Below, in pieces: positions 1 to 10,080 of a DNA stretch of 64,000 nt. Every line of letters begins with the position of its first letter. Positions within the stretch are counted from its first letter, which is position 1. This DNA comes from Candidatus Micrarchaeota archaeon (GTDB lineage: Archaea > Micrarchaeota > Micrarchaeia > Anstonellales > Anstonellaceae), in the NCBI GenBank assembly GCA_964581105.1, contig CAZOMB010000001.1, forward strand, positions 79,730 to 143,729. Direction: 5' to 3'. The notes beneath the pieces are model-generated. The model was given only the letters and a program-made list of their open reading frames with translations, searched no databases and was not told where the DNA came from. The translations under genes were made by a program, and so were the position numbers.

Positions 1-743
1 GTGTATTCCTCAATAAGAGACTTTACCAGCCTGCCTGCAGGGTAAAATCTGAAGTTGCCTGGGTCTGATCCTTCTTCATAGTCAACAAGCTCAAGCCTGC
101 GCATAAGGGCAATGTGTGGGGGCTGTTTGTCAACTGCCCTGCTTTTTGCCATCTCATATTTTACCAATTGCTCAAGCTTGTCAATTTTGGACGCATCAAA
201 GCCAGATATTTTGTTGTTTTCAAGCGAGATTGGGTGCAGCTTTTTGTCATTTGGCTTGATTATGTACCATTTGGACGTGAGCTTTTTCTCTTTTTTCAGT
301 GCTTCTGGCTCTTCTTCTTTTGCTTGCGAGCTGATTTGCGCTGAAAGCTCTGACAAAGGGTGCCCCTTGCAGCTTATTTCAAATGACTTGTACCAGCCAA
401 ATGGAGAACGGATTGTTGGTATTGATTTTGCCTTTAAAGAAGCTTCTAGCCCGCGAAGGATTTTTACTGCTGATTCTGGCCCGGCAAGGTCTGAGGAAAG
501 GTGGGCATAGGGGTAAAGAACAACAAGCTTTGCTTTTACTGCCTTGAAGTTTTTTTCTATCTTTTCTGCTGCGTTTTTTATTGTCCCTTGCTGGTCTTTT
601 TCATCAGGCTTTTCAACTGATGTAAATACTACCAGGGCTTGCTCTGCCCTTTGTTTGCCTTTTTTTGCTTCTTCTGCTGACCTTATTGCCTTGCTTTTAG
701 GCTCCCACTCCATGTGGTCAGAGTGTATCATCAGTATTTTCAT
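1..743 (-). CDS. thrS: threonyl-tRNA synthetase, partial (N-terminal archaeal editing domain plus start of class II catalytic core); continues beyond the window start
   Basis: Minus-strand translation from the ATG at 741-743 reads MKILMIHSDHMEWEPKSKAIRSAEEA..., matching the archaeal ThrRS editing-domain start. It continues into ...PPHIALMRRLELVDYEEGSDPGNFRFYPAGR, the motif at the start of the ThrRS catalytic domain. There is no stop before position 1. The plus-strand ORFs 112-510 and 544-783 are low-complexity antisense artefacts. Confidence 0.7.
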   Translation of the reverse strand, partial: MKILMIHSDHMEWEPKSKAIRSAEEAKKGKQRAEQALVVFTSVEKPDEKDQQGTIKNAAEKIEKNFKAVKAKLVVLYPYAHLSSDLAGPESAVKILRGLEASLKAKSIPTIRSPFGWYKSFEISCKGHPLSELSAQISSQAKEEEPEALKKEKKLTSKWYIIKPNDKKLHPISLENNKISGFDASKIDKLEQLVKYEMAKSRAVDKQPPHIALMRRLELVDYEEGSDPGNFRFYPAGRLVKSLIEEY

Positions 744-779
744 GGGCTCATCCCTGTGTATGTGTAAAAGGATGAAAAG

Positions 780-1034
780 TTAAAAAGAGCTTTGCCTTAA
801 CTGCCGGCTATCCTTTTTTATCAGGGCAAAATATGAGAGATTTGGGATTCCTAGTTTGTCAAGTAGATTGCCCTTGTCATTGTAAAGCCTCCGGTAAAGG
901 CTTGGGAAAATCCTTTCAAGCTCTAGCAGGGATTTTATGTTCCCTTGTTTTATGATATTTTTTGCGTATGATATTTTTTGTCCAGGTGTCATTAAGCTCC
1001 ATGGTTTATCTAGCTTGAAGCGTGCAGACCTCAT
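780..1034 (-). CDS. hypothetical small protein (84 aa)
   Basis: ORF only; no recognisable motif. Sits between thrS and the pilus platform gene. Confidence 0.25.
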   Translation of the reverse strand: MRSARFKLDKPWSLMTPGQKISYAKNIIKQGNIKSLLELERIFPSLYRRLYNDKGNLLDKLGIPNLSYFALIKKDSRQLRQSSF

Positions 1035-1091
1035 TTGAAGACCTTATTGAAAAGTAGGAGAGAGACACTTAAAAATGCGGCACTTGCTTGG

Positions 1092-2135
1092 CTAAATGAG
1101 CGTGCCGACAAAACCGCTTATCATTGTCTTGAAAAGCCAGAAGAAAAGCCAGGATGCTATTGCAAGAGGCGGGAAATACTTTAAGCCATACAAAAGCCTG
1201 CCTTCTGCTATTACTCCGACAAGTATTGCTGTGAGTATTGATGTGCCGATTATTATTATGACTGTCATCTGGTCTATGAAATTGACATCAACTTTTATTT
1301 TAGGGGCAGAAAGGCCGGCTATTCCGCTTGCTGATGCCTCTCCAAGGCTGCTCTGAATTGAGGCAAATACTGCCAAGAACTGGGTTGAGATTGCCAAAAG
1401 AAGCGGCAAGCCAAACAATAGTATGAATACCACGAATATTGCGTATGTTTTTGTGTTTATGACCATCTGCCTTTTCATTTCCTCGTTTCCCCTTATCTCT
1501 TCTGCAGAGGTTTCAAGCAAGTACGCAAGCCTGCCGCCTGACTTTAGCCCGTTTTCAAAAAAGACAACCATGCGCCGCAGCATTGAGCTGTCAATTGTTT
1601 TTGTAAGGGCCTTTAGCGCCCCTGAGAATGACTCGCTTCCAAGCGAGAGTGAGGAAACATAGGTTATTTCAGACTGGAGTGGGCCGAATTCTGGCCTTGC
1701 TGACGCCTGGAATGCTGCAAATGGGGTCATTCCTGAGCGGAGGTTTGCCGCAACCATGAGCAAAAAGTCTGGCAATACCTTTTCAACCCTCTGGGTGCGC
1801 TCTGCAACAAGGTAATACAAGTGCATGTAAATCAAGGCAGCAGCAACAAAGGAAAAAGCAGCGCCAAATGCAATGCTGACTGCCAGCTTTACAAAAAAGC
1901 TTTCGCTTTCAAGCAAAGGATATTGCGCCAGGTCAAGAAACTGGAAAAGTGAAAGAGGGATAAGAAAGCCTATTATTCCGACTAAGAGGACCAAAAGGAT
2001 CCTTGAGCCCATCCATATTTCCGGGTTTGTGTCTATTCCTGCAAAAGTCAAAAGCTTTGCAACCTTGTCCTTGCCGCGAGGCTTGAAAAAGGAAGAAAAG
2101 CGCTTGCCAATAATGTATTTTGCCATAAATACCAC
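1092..2135 (-). CDS. type II secretion system F-domain membrane protein (TadC/FlaJ-like pilus platform, C-terminal-type half)
   Basis: Multi-TM protein with a cytoplasmic T2SSF-like helical domain (..LRRMVVFFENGLKSGGRLAYLLETSAEEIRGNEEMKRQ..). Adjacent to a second T2SSF-like gene and a FlaI/TadA ATPase. Confidence 0.6.
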   Translation of the reverse strand: MVFMAKYIIGKRFSSFFKPRGKDKVAKLLTFAGIDTNPEIWMGSRILLVLLVGIIGFLIPLSLFQFLDLAQYPLLESESFFVKLAVSIAFGAAFSFVAAALIYMHLYYLVAERTQRVEKVLPDFLLMVAANLRSGMTPFAAFQASARPEFGPLQSEITYVSSLSLGSESFSGALKALTKTIDSSMLRRMVVFFENGLKSGGRLAYLLETSAEEIRGNEEMKRQMVINTKTYAIFVVFILLFGLPLLLAISTQFLAVFASIQSSLGEASASGIAGLSAPKIKVDVNFIDQMTVIIIIGTSILTAILVGVIAEGRLLYGLKYFPPLAIASWLFFWLFKTMISGFVGTLI

Positions 2136-3032
2136 TTACATGAACATGCTTGGCCTCTTGAGCTTTACATAGCCGATTATTGCCAGCTGCCCCAAAAAGC
2201 TCAGGGCGATTATTCCTGCAAATACTTCTGGGCTTATGCCAAGCAAGCCAAATACTGAGAATATTACCAATACTGTTGTGCCTATTGTTGGCAAAACTGC
2301 TGCTGCCATCAAGTATATGAGTATAATGAAATTCAGCTCTGCATTGAAGGACTTGCTCAGGGAAAACTGGTAGTCAACAAGAAGCTTTACTATGCTGCGC
2401 AGTGTTGTTGTAAGGTTTGCGCCTGACCTGATTGCAGTGACAAGCTGCCAGGTTATTTTCTTCAAATATTCTGACTGGGTCCTGATTGCCATGTTCTCAA
2501 GCTCCTGAAGAAGGGGCGAGCCGCCTTTTACCTTGCGCGAGACAATCCTGAACTCCTCGCTTATGTTCTCATAGCTTGAGTTGCCTATATTTTCTATGAC
2601 AGTAAAAAGGGGTATTCCTGAGCTTATCTGTATAAGCATGTCACGCATTGCAAATATGAGCTCCTTGTCGATTTTTGCTGCCATGCCCTTGCCAATCATC
2701 CGCGGATAGGCAAGGTGGAGCACAAGGAAAAATAAAAGCACAACAAAGAATGCAAGGATAGGGAAAAGAAGCTTCAGTGCAGCTGGGGTTGATGCACTTA
2801 CTGAAAGCAGCAGGCCAACAAAAAGCGAGATAAGCAAGGCCCATACTGCTGCTGAAAAGAATGCGATTGCCCCATAGTATTCTGCCTTTATTCTTATGCC
2901 TATGTTCACAAGGTCATAGCGCACGCTTGGGTAAAAGGAAACCAGTTTTACTCCCACTCCCCTGAAGCGCGGGCCAAGTGTTTGCGCGCTTGAAAGCGGG
3001 AAAAGCATGAGGGGAATTCTTTTTATGTCCAT
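2136..3032 (-). CDS. type II secretion system F-domain membrane protein (TadB/FlaJ-like pilus platform)
   Basis: Multi-TM protein with a T2SSF-like cytoplasmic domain (..FAMRDMLIQISSGIPLFTVIENI..SPLLQELENMAIRTQSEYLKKITWQ..). Abuts the previous gene stop-to-start, consistent with a split FlaJ/PilC arrangement. Confidence 0.6.
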   Translation of the reverse strand: MDIKRIPLMLFPLSSAQTLGPRFRGVGVKLVSFYPSVRYDLVNIGIRIKAEYYGAIAFFSAAVWALLISLFVGLLLSVSASTPAALKLLFPILAFFVVLLFFLVLHLAYPRMIGKGMAAKIDKELIFAMRDMLIQISSGIPLFTVIENIGNSSYENISEEFRIVSRKVKGGSPLLQELENMAIRTQSEYLKKITWQLVTAIRSGANLTTTLRSIVKLLVDYQFSLSKSFNAELNFIILIYLMAAAVLPTIGTTVLVIFSVFGLLGISPEVFAGIIALSFLGQLAIIGYVKLKRPSMFM

Positions 3033-3051
3033 TAATGCACCCTAAAAGGGA

Positions 3052-4779
3052 TTACTTTTTTGCGTGGGCCTTTTTCGCAATCTCAAGTATTTCAGCTGGC
3101 TTGCTGTAATAAAGTGCCATTATCCTGCCAACGCTTTCAATGTCAGTGAGCTTGTTTGCAATCATCCATTTGATTATCGTTGCCCTGTTCTTGATGTCAT
3201 GGTTTATTTCCTCTTTTGTCATCCCGGTATGAAGGTTAAGCTCCTTCAGGTACTTGTTTGGCTCGCCAACCTTGTCAAAGCTGTCTGTTCTTGGCCTCCA
3301 GCGGTATACTACGTTTGTTGAAAGGTACTCGTCTTTTGCTCCTGGCACTATTTCTGATATTTCCAATGTTCTCCTGATGTTTTTCCTCCTGTCCCTGTAC
3401 TGGACGACGAGTAGGTTTATTGACTCAAGGTCAGACGGGGGCAGATTAATTGGAGGGGTTGTAAGCCTCCGCAAAGCCTGTGTCCCTGTGTCTGCGTGAA
3501 GGGTTGAGCACACCGCATGCCCAGTGTGCATTGCCTCAAACAAAACTTCTGCTTCCCTCTGCCTTCTCATTTCACCCAATATTATCCTGTCAGGCCTCAT
3601 CCTAAGCGAGGTTACCAGCAAGTCAAGCATTGCAACTTCGCCAAGCCCCTCTGTGTTTTTGTTCCTTGTAAGCAAAGGGATCCAGTTCCACTGGTAAGGG
3701 GCAAGCATAAGTTCCCTTGTGTCCTCAATCGTCACTATCCTCTGGTTTGGCGGTATGAATGCTGCCAATGCATTGAGTGAAGTTGTTTTTCCTGATGCTG
3801 TGCCGCCTGCTATTATCACATTCATTTCATAGTGGATTGCCTGCCAGAGCATGCCTGCCATTTCAGGGGTCATTGAGTTTCCTGGCTCTCCAACAAGGTT
3901 TGCAATTGTCCATGGGCTTCTTGCAAACCTCCTTATTGTTATGGTATTGCCATGTGATGAGACTGGGGACAAAGTTGCGCATACCCTGTCGCCTGTTTCA
4001 AGCCTTGCGTCAAGTATTGGTGTTAACGTTGCAATCTGCCTGCCGACCCTTCTCCCTATTTGCGCTGCATAGTTGAATATTGACTCCTCATCTGGCATGA
4101 AAAGATTTGTTTTCAGCCAGCCAAGCTTCCTGTGGTAAACTCCTATTGGGCTTTTGCCATTGTTTATTATTATTTCCTCGAGCCAGTCATCATGGTTAAG
4201 TATTTCTATTTCCCCAAGGCCAAATAACTTGTGAAGCAATACCCCGGCTATGACGCTTTCAACTTCCTTTTCAAAGCCAAATTGCGCAAGGTACTTTTTT
4301 ATGAGCCTCTTGAATTCTTGTCTTGCCTTTGCAGCCTTTTCAATATCAGAAACATCGCTTTGTAAATTTGCAGGCATTGCACGGAGAAGCTCATCTTTTA
4401 TCAAATCAAGGAATATTTTTGTTGCAGTGCCAAATTCAATAAGGTTGATTGTATATTGCTTTTCCTTTTCAGTGTCTGTAATAACTACTTTTGTTGGCAC
4501 CCCGTCTGCAATAAAAGTATAGCTTGAAATTGTCTTTCCCTTGCCTGTATCTGCACTTTCCTTTGGAGGCTCAGAGGGCAGTGTCCTAAATGAAATTGAG
4601 GGCTTTTCAGTTATGTTTATTGGGTAGTTTATGTCAAGTATTCCCCCTTTTTCCAAAATTGCGCAAATGACCTCAACTGTCTGGTCCTTCATGTGAAGCT
4701 GCTTTGAAAGCTGGCCCAAGCCTATTGACTTTTTCTTTTTCACTGTTGAAACCAGATGGTCTATCTTTGTCTCAAGCAT
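3052..4779 (-). CDS. type II/IV secretion family ATPase (FlaI/TadA/VirB11-like pilus assembly ATPase)
   Basis: Walker A GGTASGKTTSLNALAAF; Walker B/Asp box RIILGEMRRQREAEV; His box HTGHAVCSTLHAD. Length 575 aa with an N-terminal domain typical of archaeal FlaI-like ATPases. Confidence 0.85.
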   Translation of the reverse strand: MLETKIDHLVSTVKKKKSIGLGQLSKQLHMKDQTVEVICAILEKGGILDINYPINITEKPSISFRTLPSEPPKESADTGKGKTISSYTFIADGVPTKVVITDTEKEKQYTINLIEFGTATKIFLDLIKDELLRAMPANLQSDVSDIEKAAKARQEFKRLIKKYLAQFGFEKEVESVIAGVLLHKLFGLGEIEILNHDDWLEEIIINNGKSPIGVYHRKLGWLKTNLFMPDEESIFNYAAQIGRRVGRQIATLTPILDARLETGDRVCATLSPVSSHGNTITIRRFARSPWTIANLVGEPGNSMTPEMAGMLWQAIHYEMNVIIAGGTASGKTTSLNALAAFIPPNQRIVTIEDTRELMLAPYQWNWIPLLTRNKNTEGLGEVAMLDLLVTSLRMRPDRIILGEMRRQREAEVLFEAMHTGHAVCSTLHADTGTQALRRLTTPPINLPPSDLESINLLVVQYRDRRKNIRRTLEISEIVPGAKDEYLSTNVVYRWRPRTDSFDKVGEPNKYLKELNLHTGMTKEEINHDIKNRATIIKWMIANKLTDIESVGRIMALYYSKPAEILEIAKKAHAKK

Positions 4780-4815
4780 GATAATGCCTCTCTTTGTTGT
4801 TTATTAATACTTTTG

Positions 4816-7800
4816 CTAGTCATGCGACGCCACAATACTGCCTTGCTTAACCAGGGCAGAATCTGCATAAAGCCCTGTTATTTCCTGTGCTGAGAAAGAG
4901 CGGTTGAACAGCCTTACCTCGTCTATTGTGCCCTCCCATTCACCTGTGTCTGTGCTTAAGGCTGAAAAGTCGCCTATAATCAGCTCTTCCTGGTTTGGGT
5001 TTGAAAATGTTGATGAATTGTTTACAGTGCCTTGTGCCTGGCCGTTAACATAAAGCTCTTTTGATGTGCCATTGAATGTGAAGGCTATGTGGTACCAGAC
5101 ATCTATTGTAAGGTTGGGGCTGAATGAGAGCGGGTTTTGCAGGTCTGTGTAAGCGTTTCCTGTTCCAAATACATAGCCTATCGCGCCATTGTCGCGGACA
5201 AATAATGTGAAGGGATTGTCAGATGAGTATGCGCCATAGTCAATTGACACAATCCTGTTGTATTTGTTTGAAAATGCAAATGATGCTGCGTTTACCCATG
5301 CGCTGACAGTAAATGTTGTGTTTGGGATTGGCTGGCTTGCAAGCTCTATGAAATCATCTCTGCCATCAAATGTATATGCCCCGCCAATTTTGCCGTTTTG
5401 TGTCCATGTTGGTGAGCTTGATGCCCCTAAAGTTCCATGGCATGCCTTTGAAGAATAGTCTGTTACCATTCCCTTGTTTGAAGAGGAGACATTTGAGTCA
5501 AACGGGAAAAGAGAAACAGCATAAGGTGAGCGGGACCTTACCCTAAGCTCTGCATTGTAGTTTGCTAAAAGTTCCATTGCCTGAAGAGAGGAATTGCTGT
5601 AAGAGGCTGTCAGGTTTATTGTGCATGTGTCCTGGTACTTGCCCTTATAGTGGTCATAAACCTGCGAGTGGCTCAAAAGCCTCTTGTATAGCCTTATCTC
5701 ATCTATCATTCCATTGAAAGTGGCGCCGCCAAGCTCGTTTGAGCCTATTAAAAACTGGGAAGAGGTGTTTATTGTGCCTAAGTTTTGCGCGCCTGCCTGC
5801 AGCACAAGCGAGCCGTCAAGGTATGCTGAATAATTGCCTGTCCTGTTTACAGCAAGGCAGAGCATGTGCCATCTGCCATCAGCAACCTTTATGCTTGGCG
5901 TGATGTTAACCCCGCTGCTGTAAATCCCAAGTGAAAGGTTTTCACTGCTTGCCATTGCAAAGTCAATCCCCTGTGCATTGCCAAATTCATCTGTTCCATA
6001 CTGGTAAATCAAGGATGAGCCTGAGGGCAGCTCCTGGGACTTTACCCATGCAAGCACTGTAAAGTCATATACTTGGGTTATTGAGGCATCGTCAACATAA
6101 GCAACATCTGTCAAAGGAACAGGCACATAAAAGCGTATTTGTATTATTCCTGTGCCTGTGTTGTTTGTCATGAAATTCTGCGTGACTTTTGTGTAATCAG
6201 CTTCAACTAGTGTGCTCAATACTACTGTCCCTCCGTCAGAGGGCTGCCACTGGCCTGATGAGTTAAGGTAATTGTCGTTTGAAACGTCATATATTGCATA
6301 CCTTATGTTCCCTCCTTCGCCTGCGCCTATTATTTTTGCCCAGAATTGCAAGGAGTATTTTGTGCTGTTTTTCAGGGCAAGCTGTGAATTTGCTATGTAT
6401 GAGCCTGAGTTGTTGGCATCATTTTCCATTTTCAGGCCTGCAGTGCCTGAGTGGTTGTGCGTTGTTTCAACTGAAAATGCGCTTCCTGCCCCCACTGCCC
6501 AGTTGTTAAAGTCTGGGCCAGAGTAATACTCAAAGCCCCCGTTGAAGTTTGTGGAATTGTAAAAAGTTACATTGTCAACATAGAAAATATACTCATCTCC
6601 CCCGCTTGTTGCAGGCACAAATTCTATGTCAATTGTTGATGAGCCTGTTGGCACTACAAATTCTTTTTCAATTTGCTGCCATGTTGAACCAGATACTCCT
6701 GTGTCAAGTGGAGTGGCTTCACCGCTCCAGCTGCCATCATCCTGAAGGTAGTTGCCAGTGTCCTCGTCATAAACCCTGTATTTTCCTGTTGTGGAGCCAT
6801 CCCCCCTTGTCCAGAATGAGACCATATACCTGGCATTTTGAACAAGTGAAACCTGCTGGTAAATCCTGTCAGTGTCAGGGCTGTCTGTGCTGTATATTTT
6901 TACTGCGTTTGAGCCGCTTTGCGCTGTTGCTGTTGAATCAAAGTAAATGTTTGGGGCTGTCGGGTTTTCCATTCCCCAGTTCTCAAATGTGTCTGTTTCC
7001 CCATCATCCTGCGTGCCTTCATATGTTTCAAAGTCATTGTTTGAGAGCAGGTTTGCTGTTGGGGGAAATGAAACTTCTGCTTGCGTGAAATCAATATTTG
7101 ACCTGTTTATATAATCGTCCGAGCCGTCAAACCTGTAGCAGCCATATCCTCTTATGCAGCCAGGCTCCCATAACGGGGCATTTGCCTGCGTGCCTCCCCC
7201 TAGCGTCATATTATTTGCAAATTGCGAATAATCAAGAATAGCACCTGTGTCTGTTGAGCTTACATTTGAGTCAAATGTAAGAACCAGATGGGCACTTGGG
7301 CTTTTTGTATATGAAACTGTTGTAAGGTTGCCATCTGCGCTCAAATTTGATATGAAAGACAGGTTTGTGCCATCAGAAAAGTTGACTGAGTAACTGGTTA
7401 TGCTCACTGGGTCTGCAAGTATTGAGGTAGTTTCCTTGCTCCCAAGATCAGAGTAAGCCACTGTGTAGTTTATTGCAGGGCTGCCCCCTCCAGATGCTGC
7501 AAGTGGCACTATTGACTCGTAGTTTTTTTCACAGTAAATTGAAAGGTCAATATAAGCAGGGCTCCAGCCTTGCGGATGAGTATAAGATATGTTGTCTGTA
7601 TTGTTTTGCCCATTGTTGCTGTGGGAATAGGCACCAGAGTCAGGCAAGTTTACAACTGTTGCCTGCTGGCCCATAAATCCGTTTGAAACCAGGACCAGTT
7701 CATATGGGTGCTCTTTTACAAGCATTGGGATTTGCCTTGAATATTTTGACAGGTTTGCCAAAGCAAGGCCCTCTTTGCTGAAGGGGAAAGTTGTTTGCAG

Positions 7801-8040
7801 GCTAACAGAAGCATGGGTGCCATTCTTGCTTATTTGCGTGCTTTGGCCTATTAGTGAAGAAAAGTCATAGCCAATTATCCCTGAAAGCCGCAAGGCTTGT
7901 GTTGCATGGGCAAGGTTTGCCTGTGCCTGGCCCTGGCTTTTTCGCCACTCAAGGGCAAATGCTGCAAGAGTTATTATTGCAGCTGAGATTAGGATTATGG
8001 AAATCGTGAATGTGTAGCCCTTTTTTCCAATTGCCCTCAT
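4816..8040 (-). CDS. giant secreted pilin-like protein with class III signal peptide and multiple LamG (concanavalin-A-like lectin) domains, heavily N-glycosylation-sequon-rich
   Basis: Probable start MRAIGKKG|YTFTISIILISAAIITLAAF, a prepilin-type motif (K-G then a hydrophobic stretch). Laminin_G_3-type signatures IDEIRLYKRLLSHSQVYDHY and IDEVRLFNRSFSAQEITGLY. Dozens of NxS/T sequons. The ORF-track start at 8061 is an alternative codon; the ATG lies at 8038-8040. Confidence 0.6.
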   Translation of the reverse strand: MRAIGKKGYTFTISIILISAAIITLAAFALEWRKSQGQAQANLAHATQALRLSGIIGYDFSSLIGQSTQISKNGTHASVSLQTTFPFSKEGLALANLSKYSRQIPMLVKEHPYELVLVSNGFMGQQATVVNLPDSGAYSHSNNGQNNTDNISYTHPQGWSPAYIDLSIYCEKNYESIVPLAASGGGSPAINYTVAYSDLGSKETTSILADPVSITSYSVNFSDGTNLSFISNLSADGNLTTVSYTKSPSAHLVLTFDSNVSSTDTGAILDYSQFANNMTLGGGTQANAPLWEPGCIRGYGCYRFDGSDDYINRSNIDFTQAEVSFPPTANLLSNNDFETYEGTQDDGETDTFENWGMENPTAPNIYFDSTATAQSGSNAVKIYSTDSPDTDRIYQQVSLVQNARYMVSFWTRGDGSTTGKYRVYDEDTGNYLQDDGSWSGEATPLDTGVSGSTWQQIEKEFVVPTGSSTIDIEFVPATSGGDEYIFYVDNVTFYNSTNFNGGFEYYSGPDFNNWAVGAGSAFSVETTHNHSGTAGLKMENDANNSGSYIANSQLALKNSTKYSLQFWAKIIGAGEGGNIRYAIYDVSNDNYLNSSGQWQPSDGGTVVLSTLVEADYTKVTQNFMTNNTGTGIIQIRFYVPVPLTDVAYVDDASITQVYDFTVLAWVKSQELPSGSSLIYQYGTDEFGNAQGIDFAMASSENLSLGIYSSGVNITPSIKVADGRWHMLCLAVNRTGNYSAYLDGSLVLQAGAQNLGTINTSSQFLIGSNELGGATFNGMIDEIRLYKRLLSHSQVYDHYKGKYQDTCTINLTASYSNSSLQAMELLANYNAELRVRSRSPYAVSLFPFDSNVSSSNKGMVTDYSSKACHGTLGASSSPTWTQNGKIGGAYTFDGRDDFIELASQPIPNTTFTVSAWVNAASFAFSNKYNRIVSIDYGAYSSDNPFTLFVRDNGAIGYVFGTGNAYTDLQNPLSFSPNLTIDVWYHIAFTFNGTSKELYVNGQAQGTVNNSSTFSNPNQEELIIGDFSALSTDTGEWEGTIDEVRLFNRSFSAQEITGLYADSALVKQGSIVASHD

Positions 8041-9149
8041 CAGCTTACACCCCTGTACCATGCCTTGATGATAGCATAATAGTAAATGTCCTCATCCTGG
8101 TTTGCGTTGTGTGCAAATGGGAATTTCAAAACCTGCTGCTCTCCTTTTGAATAAGTGCAGTTGTGCTTGTTCACTGTATAAGCAAGGTTTTTGCTGTTTG
8201 AGTAAAGCTCATTTATTTCTGATTGAGAAAGCGGCTTGCTGTAAAGCCTGATTTCATCAATTGCGCCTATTAATCCATTTGAAAATGTGCCATTGAAATA
8301 GTCTGCCCCAATCCATGCATTGTTTGTGTTGTTTATTGGCAATGCTGAGCCAAAGCCTGTTGAAATTGAGCTCTGGTTTTGAGAATCAATGTACATTGTG
8401 AGGTTTCCTGTTGACTTGTCAAATACTGCGACAATGTGCTTCCACCCTGCCCCTGATATGCTTGAGTCTGCAGAAACAACAGTGCCATCATCATTGCAGT
8501 CATTTGATGATGAGTAAAAGCATGCACATGGCTTTCCTGATGAGTTGTCATAATATATCCTGTAGCCAGGGTAAAAGCCAGATTGGGGATATTTTCCGAA
8601 TATTGTTGGAGTTGAAGGGTTTTGGCTTGAAGTTACATTCAGCCAAAGGCTTATTGAAAAGCTGTCATTTTCTGGGTTTAAGTCAGGGGAATCTGTTATG
8701 TTTATTACTTGGGAGCCATTGAAATTAATTGCCCCTCCTGCTTTTCCCTTGAGCAAAGAGTAAGGCGAGCCAAATATTCGCCCAATATTCCTGTTGCCTG
8801 ATGAGTCTTCTGCGTTTTTTCCTGTTTCATCAAGCTTCCAGTATGCAACAAGCCCGTCTTTTACAGCTATCCCATACACAGAAACCTGCATGCACACTGA
8901 TTGCGGTGTTTTTCTCAATACCTGCCTTATCCCAGATGTGTTTGAGTTGTTAACAGAGTCAAAAGGGTCTGACAAATAGCCTTTTTCAGACATTATTGTT
9001 GCAGCATCTTGCATGTATTGGGAAAGAAGAGTGCCTGAAAGCGTGCTTTTTTGCGGCGCAGAAAAATAATAGGCAGCCAGGGCTATTACTGCAAATAAAA
9101 GCAGGAGAGCAAGCACAATGTCAAATGTCAGGAAAAAGCCTTTTTTCAT
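8040..9149 (-). CDS. pilin-like protein with class III signal peptide and C-terminal LamG domain
   Basis: True ATG at 9147-9149 gives MKKG|FFLTFDIVLALLLLFAVIALAAYY. LamG signature IDEIRLYSKPLSQSEINELY. The stop/start ATGA overlap with the upstream pilin gene suggests translational coupling. Confidence 0.55.
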   Translation of the reverse strand: MKKGFFLTFDIVLALLLLFAVIALAAYYFSAPQKSTLSGTLLSQYMQDAATIMSEKGYLSDPFDSVNNSNTSGIRQVLRKTPQSVCMQVSVYGIAVKDGLVAYWKLDETGKNAEDSSGNRNIGRIFGSPYSLLKGKAGGAINFNGSQVINITDSPDLNPENDSFSISLWLNVTSSQNPSTPTIFGKYPQSGFYPGYRIYYDNSSGKPCACFYSSSNDCNDDGTVVSADSSISGAGWKHIVAVFDKSTGNLTMYIDSQNQSSISTGFGSALPINNTNNAWIGADYFNGTFSNGLIGAIDEIRLYSKPLSQSEINELYSNSKNLAYTVNKHNCTYSKGEQQVLKFPFAHNANQDEDIYYYAIIKAWYRGVS

Positions 9150-9664
9150 AAAATCCTTCCTTTTTTGCCCCAAACCTGCACTTTTAGGGTTGCAATCGAA
9201 TCGTTCATCAGCACAAGCCTTTCTGTGCTTATTGCCAGTGTTGTGCTGTTGTTAAGGTCTGCTGAAATTCCAAATGAATAAAGCAGGGCTGTTGAGTTGT
9301 TCAAAGCAATGTAAATGTCAAACCTTCCTGCCCCCATGCTTTCCTTAATGTCCTGGTAATTGGTTGCATTCAATGACTCAAGCTTTGAGAATTTTGTTGG
9401 GGAAAGCCTGTTGCTTCTTGTTGCAAGGCCTATTGCGCTTGCATTTTCCATTTCACTTTGTTCCCAGCCAGAAGGCTCTCCAGGCGAAAGCACAAGCATG
9501 TCTGATATTCCGAAAAGCACTGTCTGCATTTCCCTTTCCATTTTCTCTTCTGAGTAAGCAGAGTGCATTGCAGCCCATATTGCAACAAAAAGCATTAAGG
9601 CGCCTATGAAAAGGGCAGATGCAATTACCAGCTCTGCTGAAAATATTTGCGCCTTTTTTTCCAT
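9146..9664 (-). CDS. pilin-like protein (class III signal peptide)
   Basis: N-terminus MEKKA|QIFSAELVIASALFIGALMLFVAIW has the shape of an archaeal type IV pilin signal peptide. Lies in an operon with the other pilins. Confidence 0.5.
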   Translation of the reverse strand: MEKKAQIFSAELVIASALFIGALMLFVAIWAAMHSAYSEEKMEREMQTVLFGISDMLVLSPGEPSGWEQSEMENASAIGLATRSNRLSPTKFSKLESLNATNYQDIKESMGAGRFDIYIALNNSTALLYSFGISADLNNSTTLAISTERLVLMNDSIATLKVQVWGKKGRIL

Positions 9665-9666
9665 AA

Positions 9667-10077
9667 TCATAACTCTCCAATATAAATTGTGCCTTCAGTG
9701 TTGTTTACATATATGTTAGAATTCAGGGGGATTGTGCTGCCTGAAAGAATTGTGTTGTTTGTGGAAAGCGGAACAGATACATAGCATCCTGCCTTGCATG
9801 CTGCTTTTACTGCCCTGCCCCCGTAAATCGTGATGTTGCTCACTCCTTTTGCAGCTGAATTGAAAAATACAATCTTGCTCCCGTTTCCTGCTGCTGCAAC
9901 CTTGTTTATTGCAATTGCAACCTGGCTTGCTGCTGCTGATGCCTGGAGGCTTTGCCCAAGTATGGCATTTTGCTGCTTTAGATGCCCGCTTGCAATGTAA
10001 ACTGAAAGCAGGAAAAACAGCATCACGCCTGCAACAAGCACTGCCTCAGGGGCAATCTGCGCTTTTTTGCCCTTCAT
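9667..10077 (-). CDS. pilin-like protein (class III signal peptide)
   Basis: N-terminus MKGKKA|QIAPEAVLVAGVMLFFLLSVYIA; 136 aa; 4-nt overlap with the downstream pilin gene. Confidence 0.5.
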   Translation of the reverse strand: MKGKKAQIAPEAVLVAGVMLFFLLSVYIASGHLKQQNAILGQSLQASAAASQVAIAINKVAAAGNGSKIVFFNSAAKGVSNITIYGGRAVKAACKAGCYVSVPLSTNNTILSGSTIPLNSNIYVNNTEGTIYIGEL

Positions 10078-10080
10078 CTC

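Noticed and set aside
112-783. Plus-strand ORFs 112-510 and 544-783
   Set aside because: Antisense to the clearly recognisable ThrRS N-terminus on the minus strand; low-complexity translation.
6549-7088. 179-aa plus-strand ORF, Cys/Leu/Gln-rich
   Set aside because: Lies entirely antisense within the 1074-aa LamG pilin-like gene; no motif.
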